Virus genome (UHGV): UHGV-0181052
Direction: 5' to 3' (one strand)
DNA: 48,673 bases
Source of the DNA: a virus
This document shows, one piece after another, positions 1-7,832 of this stretch; the stretch's first letter is position 1, and each line of letters begins with the position of its first letter. The position numbers and the translations under genes were made by a program. The notes beneath the pieces are model-generated. The model saw nothing but the letters and a program-made list of their open reading frames with translations. It did not search any database and was not told where the DNA came from.

Positions 1-364
1 GCTTAACGGCGTCGTCCATATCCCGGCGGCGGTTCGGGTATGCCGGGTGCGGTCGGCGTTCAGCAGTCGGCAGATCGCGGTCGTCGGGGTGATACAGCCA
101 GCGCGATCCGGTGGTGGTCAGGTAGGTGCATTCCGCGAACGAGGCGATGAACTTCACGCCACCGCCTACGATCCTGGCTACGTCGCTGGCATGCACGCTG
201 GTAGCTGATGCGTCGAACCACATGCCGACCTCGAACAGGCCCGGCTCCGGGTTATGCACGCCCTCTTTCAGCTGGCCGTCGAACGTCCAGCACTCATATC
301 CAGCGTCTAACCACGGCTGCAACATGTGCCGCGAGCGGTTAAACAGAAATATCGCCTTCTTCAT
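1..364 (-). CDS. hypothetical protein, N-terminal part. The gene runs off the left edge, and its frame continues in phase into the minus-strand ORF at the right edge (48258..48673)
   Basis: ATG at 364-362 with AAGGAG 7 nt upstream. Hand translation of 364 down to 1 gives 121 codons plus 1 nt with no stop: MKKAIFLFNRSRHMLQPWLDAGYECWTFDGQLKEGVHNPEPGLFEVGMWFDASATSVHASDVARIVGGGVKFIASFAECTYLTTTGSRWLYHPDDRDLPTAERRPHPAYPNRRRDMDDAVK. Confidence 0.5.
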   Translation of the reverse strand, partial: MKKAIFLFNRSRHMLQPWLDAGYECWTFDGQLKEGVHNPEPGLFEVGMWFDASATSVHASDVARIVGGGVKFIASFAECTYLTTTGSRWLYHPDDRDLPTAERRPHPAYPNRRRDMDDAVK

Positions 365-545
365 TCTTGTGCTCCTTTTTCCACTCTTTGAAACAACGTT
401 TACACACTACGACATTATTGATCACATGCCAGCGCCCGCTGCGGCCGCCAGCGTGGAAGTACGTCCCACAGCCAACCATCTTCCCGCGCTCGCTGCCTTT
501 GATCATCTTCCGACAGCCGATAACCCCCGGCTTTGCCCCGCTCAC
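339..545 (-). CDS. small Cys-containing ORF (68 aa), doubtful
   Basis: GTG start overlaps the stop of the upstream gene. The ORF overlaps the RBS and start of the 1..364 gene by 26 nt. Cys pattern C..C...CxxC. It may simply be the promoter/RBS region of the neighbouring gene. Confidence 0.2.
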   Translation of the reverse strand: MSGAKPGVIGCRKMIKGSERGKMVGCGTYFHAGGRSGRWHVINNVVVCKRCFKEWKKEHKNEEGDISV

Positions 546-937
546 TATTCTGCCCCCACCAGGTAGTTAGCCAGGCTGCCCATGGTGACATACAGGCGGT
601 TGCACATGATCTTCACGAAGTGCCGGCCGTCGAAGTTGCCCGCTGCCGAAGCCTTGCTCGACTTGATGATCACGACGTGCTGAACGCGGTTGTAGGACTT
701 TCTGAACAGCGTGGCGTTAGCGATCTGGTTCACCACGTCCTTCTCGGTGAATCCGGTGTTCACTCCCAGCTGCTCATCTTCGCGGTAGCCTGTTTTGCTG
801 GCCTCTTTGGCGATCATGAACGCGATGGCTGGCTGGTCTGCGACAATTACCGGGATGCGACGGCGGCCAATAGCTTTTTTGATTTCCTCGGCTACTGCAC
901 TGGCGGTCTTCGGTGATACGGTGGTTTGTTCTGACAT
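545..937 (-). CDS. hypothetical early protein (130 aa)
   Basis: ATG at 937. It lies directly downstream of the strong sigma70-like promoter P1 (-35 TTGACA 996-991, -10 TAATAT 973-968). The 5' UTR is almost identical to those of the 4655 and 38045 genes. Confidence 0.65.
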   Translation of the reverse strand: MSEQTTVSPKTASAVAEEIKKAIGRRRIPVIVADQPAIAFMIAKEASKTGYREDEQLGVNTGFTEKDVVNQIANATLFRKSYNRVQHVVIIKSSKASAAGNFDGRHFVKIMCNRLYVTMGSLANYLVGAE

Positions 938-963
938 TTCGTTGCTCCTTCTGTTGGGTGTTC

Positions 964-996
964 GGGCATATTACTTATGCGTTATATGCCTGTCAA
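964..996 (-). promoter_or_regulatory. early promoter P1 with embedded dyad operator
   Basis: On the minus strand: TTGACA (996-991), 17 nt, TAATAT (973-968). The dyad is GGCATATAA / TAATATGCCC. The UTR is GCCCGAACACC. Confidence 0.7.
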
Positions 997-1003
997 CTGT
1001 ATT

Positions 1004-1510
1004 TCACATGTGATATTTGCGCATCGTCTCGATCAGGTCGAATGCCATCCAAAACCGGCGGTCATAGTCAGGCGCGGCCTGCTGCTTGCGGATGTACTTC
1101 TGAGCGGCTGACAGGTTCTTCTCCTCCATCCTGACGCGCGGAGCCTTCGGGAATGCATCGCGGGCTATCACTGGTTCGGAGGTCATCTCCTGGTCTGGCT
1201 CGACCTTGAGGAAGTTGGCCCCGATCTCATGCAGCGCCACCGGGAACTCATAGCCGGTAGTCTCCATGAACCACCACAGGCCCAGGTGCGAGCCGCACTG
1301 ATTGCAAATTGCAGCACCGCGGCCCTTCATCGTGACGTCTTGCTTCGACTCGCCCCAGCGGAACCGGTCGTTCCCTCCGCATATCGGGCAGGCCTGATGC
1401 CTGCCGTTGAATGCGCGCTTATCCCAGTACTGGGAGAGAAGCAGTTCCCAGCGCCCGACCATGAGCCGCTCTATCTGCTCAATGGGGTAGAACTTCATGC
1501 CATCCTCCAC
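1004..1510 (-). CDS. primase-type zinc-ribbon domain protein (P4-alpha / Prim_Zn_Ribbon-like), with no catalytic domain
   Basis: Motif ACPICGGNDRFRW ... AICNQCG is typical of the zinc-binding domain of primase-helicases. The protein is 168 aa. No TOPRIM or AEP catalytic region is present. Confidence 0.65.
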   Translation of the reverse strand: MEDGMKFYPIEQIERLMVGRWELLLSQYWDKRAFNGRHQACPICGGNDRFRWGESKQDVTMKGRGAAICNQCGSHLGLWWFMETTGYEFPVALHEIGANFLKVEPDQEMTSEPVIARDAFPKAPRVRMEEKNLSAAQKYIRKQQAAPDYDRRFWMAFDLIETMRKYHM

Positions 1511-2058
1511 AGATTCAGGTAGCGGGCGTTGAGGTTAGCCATGATCCCCTGGTCATATTTCGCGTCGAGCTTACGCTTGTGCAGCATCGGCCCCACCTTT
1601 TCCTCATGTACCAGCCCGCGCTGGTTGTACACGTAAAGCCCGGCATAATCCGGCAGGATCTCCCGAGCCTTGTCGACGATAGTCCACGGCACCAGGAAGT
1701 AGAAGCGATTGGCTATCAGCTCCCCAGCTTTCAGGCAGTCGTGCTTCATCTTCACCGGGTAAGGGACGCGCTCCCCGTCAATCCGCCAATATTTCTCAGC
1801 CTCCTCCGCCGTCTTCGGGTAGACCGTGTGGGCCTTACGGAAATCGGCTTTCATATCAGCGATGGAGATCTTCACCTCCACCTCCACCGTGTAGCGGCTC
1901 TTGCGGATGCAGAACATATCCGCCTCATACCCGAGGTTGTCCGGGGTGTAGTAGTTCGGGATCATGATCTGGAACGAGTTACCCAGGCTGCGCACAAATG
2001 CCCGCTGTATCGCACCCTCGTGAATTTCTGGTTCTGGTAGCTTGCCGATACTCATCAT
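1495..2058 (-). CDS. PD-(D/E)XK nuclease-like protein (MmcB-like)
   Basis: Start moved to the ATGATG at 2058 (AAGGA RBS, MMSIGK...). The E-A-D ... V-E-V-E-V-K motif is compatible with a PD-(D/E)XK fold. Family assignment is from memory of MmcB-like phage proteins. Confidence 0.55.
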   Translation of the reverse strand: MMSIGKLPEPEIHEGAIQRAFVRSLGNSFQIMIPNYYTPDNLGYEADMFCIRKSRYTVEVEVKISIADMKADFRKAHTVYPKTAEEAEKYWRIDGERVPYPVKMKHDCLKAGELIANRFYFLVPWTIVDKAREILPDYAGLYVYNQRGLVHEEKVGPMLHKRKLDAKYDQGIMANLNARYLNLWRMA

Positions 2059-2131
2059 TTCAAAAGTCCTTGTGTTTTGGTATTCGTTGTGCAGAATATA
2101 CCGCAATGTTTACTGCGTCAACGAGGCGACA

Positions 2132-4180
2132 ATGGAAAAAATTAAAAGCATCAAGCAAATGATTGAGGAGACGGACATAGAGGCTGTTCGCGGCCAGCTG
2201 CTGCGAGGTCTTCGCGGTATGCCATACGACCCCTACCCGTTCCAGTTCGCGGCACACTTTGCGACGTCGCAGGCCATCAACAACTACAAAGAGATCGGCC
2301 CGTTCGTCGTCAAGGCCGCCGTGTCGGCAGGGAAGACCACGCTGATCAGCCTGGTGGCCCGCCGCCTGACCCAGCTCAATAAGCCAGCGCTCGTTCTGTC
2401 GCGACAGGGCGGGATCATCAAACAAAACGCCATGGAGATACGGAACTTCGGGGTAGAGAACAGCGTGTTCAGCGCTGGCCTGCGCATGAAGTCCACCACC
2501 TTCCCGATCATCTGCGGGAGCGAGAAGACGGTGGTCAACGCCCTCGAAAAGCAACTGGCTAACTTCGTGCCGCGCTTCCTGCTGATCGACGAATGCCAGC
2601 ACGTCAACGTAGATGACATCGTTGAAAGCGAGATGACCTGCGAGCTGGCGGATAAGCACCCTGAGAACGAGAAGTTGCAGGCTAGAGCTGAGCGCACGCT
2701 GGCGCAGATGATCGACGCTGGCCGTACCGGGTACACGCTCATTATCCGGGAGATGCAACGCCGCTGCCGTGAGATGCACGGTCGTGAGCTGGTCGTCATT
2801 GGGTACACCGGCACCGACTACCGCGGCACGCAGCCGATCATCAACGAGGACACGAACACCCCGGGCTTCTGGCGGCGGGCAGTGTGCGACATCTCCACTG
2901 AATACCTGGTTGAAGTTGGCGCAGTGGTTCCGACCCACTACGGCGCGATCGATGATGAGCTGACCTACCAGCTTGATTCATTCGTGAGCCGCGGGGAAGA
3001 AGGGGACGATGAATTCAGTGATGCCGACCTGATCGAGATGGAGAAGCAGATCCTGGCCCAGGGAACCATCACGCAAAACATCATGCTCGACGTCGTGAAG
3101 CGTACCGTCAACCGCAACTGCGTTCTCGTCACCTGCGCCGGTAAGAAGCACTGTAAGGAGGCGGCCAGCGCGTTACCGCCCGGGGTGACTTACGGGATCA
3201 TCACCGATGACACGCCGCAGAAGGAGCGCGATCGGATACTGGAAGACGCATTTAACAACCGCTGTAAATTCATCTTCCAGATCGGTTGCCTTACCACCGG
3301 CTACAACGTCCCGCCGTGGGACACAATCGTTATCCTGCGCAAGATCGGCAGCCTCACTCTGCTGGTTCAGCTCATCGGGCGCGGAATGCGCATCCTCAAA
3401 AAGTTCCACGTCGAAGAGCTGGGAATGGTCAAAGAGGATAACCTCGTGCTCGACTACGGTGGAGCACTGGACGACCTGGCTGAGCTGTACTTCTCGCCAT
3501 TCCTTGAGCAGTACCGCTATGAGACAGACACCAGCAGCGGCCAGACGAAGGAATGCCCCTTCGGGCACACGAACGGCAAGCACGCGCGCCGGTGCCGCCA
3601 TGTGTACGACCACGACGGGATCGAGGACGACGGCACGCCATACCGCAAGGACGACCGCTGTCACTACTGGTTCATCTCGCGCACATGCGAGGACTTTAAG
3701 AACGATCGCGGGGTGGTGGTCAGTCGCGGATGCGGAGCGGAGAACGACATCACCGCCCGGCAGTGCGCCCACTGCGGGAACACGCTGATCGACCCCAACA
3801 AAAGCCTTGAGAAAAAGAGCTACACACGGGATGACTTTGTAGACGTGAGATCCTTCAACGTGGAGCCAACGAAGTGCGGGAACGGCGTGGTGTTCCGCTA
3901 CGTGCTGGGGAATGAGGGCGAGCCTGACTTCGTGGCCTATGAGATATTTTGGCCGGACAGCGACAGCGTGCCAGCAAAACAGCAGTGGAAGGCGGCGCTG
4001 GATAAGCACATTGCATCACCGAACACCCGGGGCAAGATGCGGCGCGGGGTGAAAACGAAGATCCTGCCGTCCGCTCACCTGATTGCAGCGCCGAAGCGTG
4101 TGACGCACCGGCGCATAGGCGGGAGCAAGTCTCGTGACGTGATAGCCCGTAAAATTTTCGAAGGAGGGGACGACCTGTGA
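2132..4180 (+). CDS. superfamily-2 DEAD/DEAH-box type helicase with C-terminal Cys-rich (zinc-ribbon-like) region
   Basis: ATG at 2132 (MEKIKS...). Walker A AAVSAGKTTLISL, DExH-like LLIDECQHV. The C-terminus carries CPFGH...RRCRH...CHYW...RGCGAEN...QCAHCGN. Confidence 0.8.
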   Translation: MEKIKSIKQMIEETDIEAVRGQLLRGLRGMPYDPYPFQFAAHFATSQAINNYKEIGPFVVKAAVSAGKTTLISLVARRLTQLNKPALVLSRQGGIIKQNAMEIRNFGVENSVFSAGLRMKSTTFPIICGSEKTVVNALEKQLANFVPRFLLIDECQHVNVDDIVESEMTCELADKHPENEKLQARAERTLAQMIDAGRTGYTLIIREMQRRCREMHGRELVVIGYTGTDYRGTQPIINEDTNTPGFWRRAVCDISTEYLVEVGAVVPTHYGAIDDELTYQLDSFVSRGEEGDDEFSDADLIEMEKQILAQGTITQNIMLDVVKRTVNRNCVLVTCAGKKHCKEAASALPPGVTYGIITDDTPQKERDRILEDAFNNRCKFIFQIGCLTTGYNVPPWDTIVILRKIGSLTLLVQLIGRGMRILKKFHVEELGMVKEDNLVLDYGGALDDLAELYFSPFLEQYRYETDTSSGQTKECPFGHTNGKHARRCRHVYDHDGIEDDGTPYRKDDRCHYWFISRTCEDFKNDRGVVVSRGCGAENDITARQCAHCGNTLIDPNKSLEKKSYTRDDFVDVRSFNVEPTKCGNGVVFRYVLGNEGEPDFVAYEIFWPDSDSVPAKQQWKAALDKHIASPNTRGKMRRGVKTKILPSAHLIAAPKRVTHRRIGGSKSRDVIARKIFEGGDDL

Positions 4181-4596
4181 TTAAAGAATACCTTGATCCA
4201 CCAGCTGAGCCGACGAAGGCGCTTGAGGATGACCACCTGATTAACTTCACCACCTGGTTTAACCATTGGTATCCAGACGTGTACTGGTTCCACGTGCCGA
4301 ACGAGAACGGCGGGAAGGCTGGCAAGCAGTACTTTCTGCGCCAGCAGGCGAAGGGACTCCGCAAGGGCGTTGCCGACGTCGTGATCCTGCACCGGGGACG
4401 CAACGGGGAGCCGTTCGGGGTGATCGAGATGAAGCGGGAGAACAAGAAGCTGTCGACTCCAGTCAGCAAGGAGCAGGTTGAGTGCCTGAACGCCGTGGCT
4501 GCACAGGGCGGCTTTGCTGCGGTGGCGTATGGGTTCCACTGCGCGAAGCTGGCGGTGATCGACTTCCTCGGGCCGTCGACCATCTTGGTCAAATAG
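4177..4596 (+). CDS. VRR-NUC domain nuclease
   Basis: GTG start overlaps the helicase stop (GTGA), with RBS AAGGAGGGG. The DVVILHRG...GVIEMKREN...LS..Q pattern is typical of VRR-NUC PD-(D/E)XK nucleases. Confidence 0.7.
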   Translation: MIKEYLDPPAEPTKALEDDHLINFTTWFNHWYPDVYWFHVPNENGGKAGKQYFLRQQAKGLRKGVADVVILHRGRNGEPFGVIEMKRENKKLSTPVSKEQVECLNAVAAQGGFAAVAYGFHCAKLAVIDFLGPSTILVK

Positions 4597-4598
4597 TC

Positions 4599-4632
4599 TT
4601 GACAGGGCATATTATGCGGAAGTAATATGCCC
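4599..4632 (+). promoter_or_regulatory. early promoter P2 with embedded dyad operator
   Basis: TTGACA 4599-4604, 18 nt, TAATAT 4623-4628. Perfect dyad GGGCATATTA (4605-4614) / TAATATGCCC (4623-4632). Confidence 0.75.
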
Positions 4633-4654
4633 GAACACCACACAGGAGGTCATC

Positions 4655-5029
4655 ATGACACATGCAGAGTTATCCAGAATATTGCACGGCGGCATTCGCA
4701 ACGTAGACCGCAAGACGTTTAAAGAGGCTTATGGCTTTATGCGCGCATTAAAGCGAGCTGTGTGCTATTTGCCTGTTAAAGAAAATCACAACTTAAAGTC
4801 AGCGGTTGAAGGCGCTGCTTGGTCTTTGATTTTCTGCGGCGTTAGTGCGGAAGAGGAAATAAAGTTAGGAGATATTATTTTCCGCATTAGCGGCAGGCCA
4901 TACCCGGCAATTGAGCATAAAAATAAATGGCTGATGAAGGTTAACTATAAAGGCGACAGCCGCAAGTTCATTAAGCATGAAGATTTAGAACGCAAACTTC
5001 GTTTAGATATGAATAAGGGGATCATGTAA
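4655..5029 (+). CDS. hypothetical protein (124 aa), AT-rich moron-like early gene
   Basis: ATG at 4655 with RBS AGGAGG. Promoter P2 lies immediately upstream. By eye the GC content is clearly lower than that of the flanking genes. No family recognised. Confidence 0.6.
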   Translation: MTHAELSRILHGGIRNVDRKTFKEAYGFMRALKRAVCYLPVKENHNLKSAVEGAAWSLIFCGVSAEEEIKLGDIIFRISGRPYPAIEHKNKWLMKVNYKGDSRKFIKHEDLERKLRLDMNKGIM

Positions 5030-6072
5030 TGTCAGATATTAAATCGCTCAAAGATGATGAAGTTCTGTTCTTCACGAATAACGACCTGTCGAACGAAGAC
5101 TACCACGCTGAGACAGACCACATGAACGGTTCCGGCCTGTGGGAGCTGTTCTCCAGCTGCCCGGCCAACTGGAAATTTGCCGAAGACAAGAAGAAACAAA
5201 GTCGCGCATTGGTCTTCGGTACAGCGGCCCACGCCAACCACCTCGAACCGGAATTATTTGCCCGTGAATATTTCCGCATGCCTGAGAAAGAGGACTTTAT
5301 TAAGCGTGACGATAAAGGCGAGATTATTCCGCAGCCGAACTTTATTACCTCGCTTGAGGCCGCGAAGGCATTTCTGAAAGAGCACGGCGTTGCCGGTTAT
5401 TCGAAGATGAAGGAGGCGGAATTAATTGAAACCGTCACCAACACCGCCGCAGCGCTTGGAATAAACGACGTAGTCTTTTGGCACGATATAGTGAAGAAGG
5501 CCAATGAAGAGCGCGGCGATCGCGAGGGCATTCGCGGGCAGGATTATGACATCATTCAGGAGATGCGCGCCGTTCTGTTTAATAACGAAGACTTTAAAGA
5601 GTATTTCGTTGACGGGATGTCAGAAGTTTCGATCTTTTTCAGCTATCAGGGGTTGCGTTGCAAGGTGCGCCTCGACTGGATCAGCAAGTTCGCCGATATG
5701 GTGGACTACAAAACCACGGACTCAGCCAATCCCGACCGGTTCATGCGTAAGTGCTTCGACCTCGGGTACCCGCTGAAAATGGCGTTGCAGCGTGAAGGGT
5801 TCAAGGCGGCGTTCGGCCAGAAGCCACGCAGAACGATGCTGCTGGCGCAGGAGAAGAGCAGCCCGTTTGTTGTGGCACCGTTCGCCCTGTCAAACAAGAC
5901 GCTGATGATCGGCTATGCGCAGTTGCGTGAAGCCATCGCCACTTATAAGTGGTGCCGTGACAATAATTCATGGCCGACATACGGCGGCGGCAACGTGATT
6001 GACCTCGATCCGCCGTACTACCTGGAAAACGCCTTCCGCCACCTGTGGGAAGATGTGAAAACCAAAAAATAA
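5029..6072 (+). CDS. RecE-like PD-(D/E)XK exonuclease (recombination exonuclease)
   Basis: TAATG coupling to the upstream gene, RBS AAGGGG. Motifs D-x-E-x-K (RLDWISKFADMVDYK) and an N-terminal DYHAE..DH resemble the exodeoxyribonuclease VIII family. Confidence 0.6.
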   Translation: MSDIKSLKDDEVLFFTNNDLSNEDYHAETDHMNGSGLWELFSSCPANWKFAEDKKKQSRALVFGTAAHANHLEPELFAREYFRMPEKEDFIKRDDKGEIIPQPNFITSLEAAKAFLKEHGVAGYSKMKEAELIETVTNTAAALGINDVVFWHDIVKKANEERGDREGIRGQDYDIIQEMRAVLFNNEDFKEYFVDGMSEVSIFFSYQGLRCKVRLDWISKFADMVDYKTTDSANPDRFMRKCFDLGYPLKMALQREGFKAAFGQKPRRTMLLAQEKSSPFVVAPFALSNKTLMIGYAQLREAIATYKWCRDNNSWPTYGGGNVIDLDPPYYLENAFRHLWEDVKTKK

Positions 6073-6080
6073 TTGATTCC

Positions 6081-6106
6081 GGGCTAATATACTGACATAT
6101 TAGCCC
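6081..6106 (+). promoter_or_regulatory. perfect 10-bp inverted repeat upstream of the erf RBS
   Basis: GGGCTAATAT-actgac-ATATTAGCCC. No T-run follows. It is related to the half-sites of the promoter dyads. Confidence 0.5.
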
Positions 6107-6127
6107 CTCAACATAAGGAGTGACAAA

Positions 6128-6823
6128 ATGATGAAATTTTCCCAACCATGCAGCACCATCGTTAAACAGTTTGCCCATGCGCAGGATATGTGCGTTTCGC
6201 CGAAGAAGTCTAAGCAGAACCAGCACCTGAAAAACCACTACTCTACCCTTGCCGACGTTGCGGCGGCCATCGGCCCGGCAATGGAAGACGCCGGATTGAT
6301 CATGATCCAGTCACCGACGCACGAAGCCGGTCAGGCTCCGAACGTGCTGCTGATGGAGACGCGCATTATCCACGTTGCCACTGGCGAATGGGTGTCCGAC
6401 ATCTGCCAGATCCCGCTGGCGAAGAACGACGCCCAGGGATTCGGCTCAACGCTGACCTACGCCCGCCGTTATGCCCGTGTTGCGATCTTCGGCCTCACCA
6501 TGGATGACGACGACGGCAACAAGTCAGTGCGTAGCGCAGCAGACTGCCGACGCTCCATTGAAGCCGCGAAGGATAAGGATGAGGTCGACGCCATCTACCG
6601 CGCTGCATGCGAGCTGTTCCGCAACGACAAAGCATCCCTGCGCATCGTTGAAGACGCCCGCGCCAGCAAGATCGTGGAGCTTAAAAACGCGGAAGCCCGT
6701 CCGTTCAATCCCGGCAAGCCAGCCAACGCTAAACGCGGGAAGGCGACAGTCCAAGTTGCACCTGATGAGGTTCAGCCGCAAGATGTAGCGCCACAACAAC
6801 CAGACGTTGAAGAAGATTTTTAA
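6128..6823 (+). CDS. erf: Erf-family single-strand annealing protein
   Basis: RBS TAAGGAG. The segment GSTLTYARRYARVAIFGL resembles the conserved Erf core. It is followed by SSB and preceded by an exonuclease, which is the layout of a recombination module. Confidence 0.65.
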   Translation: MMKFSQPCSTIVKQFAHAQDMCVSPKKSKQNQHLKNHYSTLADVAAAIGPAMEDAGLIMIQSPTHEAGQAPNVLLMETRIIHVATGEWVSDICQIPLAKNDAQGFGSTLTYARRYARVAIFGLTMDDDDGNKSVRSAADCRRSIEAAKDKDEVDAIYRAACELFRNDKASLRIVEDARASKIVELKNAEARPFNPGKPANAKRGKATVQVAPDEVQPQDVAPQQPDVEEDF

Positions 6824-6835
6824 GGAGCGTTATAG

Positions 6836-7318
6836 ATGGCAAGCCGTGGAATTAACAAGGTGATCCTCGTGGGTCGCATCGGTCAGGATCCAGAGATTCG
6901 CTACATGCCGTCAGGCGGTGCAGTGGCTAACCTCACCATTGCGACGTCGGAATCATGGCGCGATAAGCAGACCGGCGAAGTGAAGGAGCAGACTGAGTGG
7001 CATCGCGTCGTTGTCTTCGGCAAGCTGGCTGAGATCGTCGGCGAGTACGTGAAGAAGGGTTCTCAGATCTACGTCGAAGGGAAGCTGCAAACGCGCAAGT
7101 GGACTGACAGCAACGGCGTGGAGAAGTGGACGACAGAAGTGGTGTTGAACGGGCCGAACGCTATCATGCAAATGTTAGGCGGCAAGGCCGAAGGCGGCCA
7201 GCATGGACAGGCGCAGGGACAGCCGCGAACACAGTCCGGGCCAGCTCGCCAGCAGGCTAAACCACAGCAGCAGTCCAGCGAGCCGCCGATGGACTTTGAC
7301 GACGACATTCCGTTTTGA
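6836..7318 (+). CDS. ssb: single-stranded DNA-binding protein
   Basis: [34 protein letters not shown]...[14 protein letters not shown], with a Gly/Gln-rich tail ending DDDIPF. This is the classic SSB OB-fold plus acidic C-terminal tip. Confidence 0.92.
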   Translation: MASRGINKVILVGRIGQDPEIRYMPSGGAVANLTIATSESWRDKQTGEVKEQTEWHRVVVFGKLAEIVGEYVKKGSQIYVEGKLQTRKWTDSNGVEKWTTEVVLNGPNAIMQMLGGKAEGGQHGQAQGQPRTQSGPARQQAKPQQQSSEPPMDFDDDIPF

Positions 7319-7326
7319 GGTAGAAG

Positions 7327-7530
7327 ATGACCATCACACTGATTTTGAAAGAGCACCGTGAGCGCGCTGGGTTTTCCCAGCGTAGTCTGGCGAAAGCAGC
7401 AGGTATTGCGCAGTGTCGCGTATGCCGTTATGACAATGGCCGTGAGTTCCCGACCATTGAAACCATGATCCGCCTCGCAAAGCCTTTAGGCATTAAGTGG
7501 CATGAACTCGTAAAAGTAGAAGGGGAATAA
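7327..7530 (+). CDS. HTH (XRE/Cro-like) transcriptional regulator
   Basis: 67 aa. RAGFSQRSLAKAAGIAQCRVCRYDNG is a helix-turn-helix signature. Confidence 0.7.
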   Translation: MTITLILKEHRERAGFSQRSLAKAAGIAQCRVCRYDNGREFPTIETMIRLAKPLGIKWHELVKVEGE

Positions 7531-7532
7531 CC

Positions 7533-7805
7533 ATGACTATCAACATCAAACAGGCATTACTGGCTTTACTGATCGGACTCGTGCTGTCCTTCGTCGCCAC
7601 CTCCGCAATGTCAGCTGAACGCGCCGACAACGGCAACAAGGGCGTTAGCCACATTGAGAACCAGACGAAGATCTATGAGAACACCTCTGCGGGCAAAGAG
7701 CGCGCAGAGTGGGCCGCAGGGCGAGTGATCGCCGTCGGCGACAGCGTCAGCTGCTACAATCCGGCATTGAACAGGGTTAACGGCGTGAAGGTGCGCTGCT
7801 CATAA
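7533..7805 (+). CDS. secreted protein with cleavable signal peptide (90 aa)
   Basis: N-terminal hydrophobic h-region ALLALLIGLVLSFVATSAMSA followed by an ER cleavage context. It is the last gene before the convergent terminator. Confidence 0.55.
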   Translation: MTINIKQALLALLIGLVLSFVATSAMSAERADNGNKGVSHIENQTKIYENTSAGKERAEWAAGRVIAVGDSVSCYNPALNRVNGVKVRCS

Positions 7806-7809
7806 CAAG

Positions 7810-7832
7810 AAGGGGCCATCGGCCCCTTTTTT
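7810..7832. terminator. bidirectional rho-independent terminator between the early (+) unit and the late (-) unit
   Basis: GGGGCC-ATC-GGCCCC stem-loop followed by T6. The T-run overlaps the stop codon of the tail fiber gene. Confidence 0.8.

Noticed and set aside
126-566. Plus-strand ORF 126..566 (146 aa)
   Set aside because: It is antisense to the junction-spanning gene, which has a good RBS, and to the promoter region. It has no RBS and its composition is low-complexity.
2060-4009. Long antisense ORFs (2060..2938, 3173..4009) within the helicase gene
   Set aside because: The helicase frame carries clear Walker A and DExH motifs. The antisense frames are by-products of high GC content.
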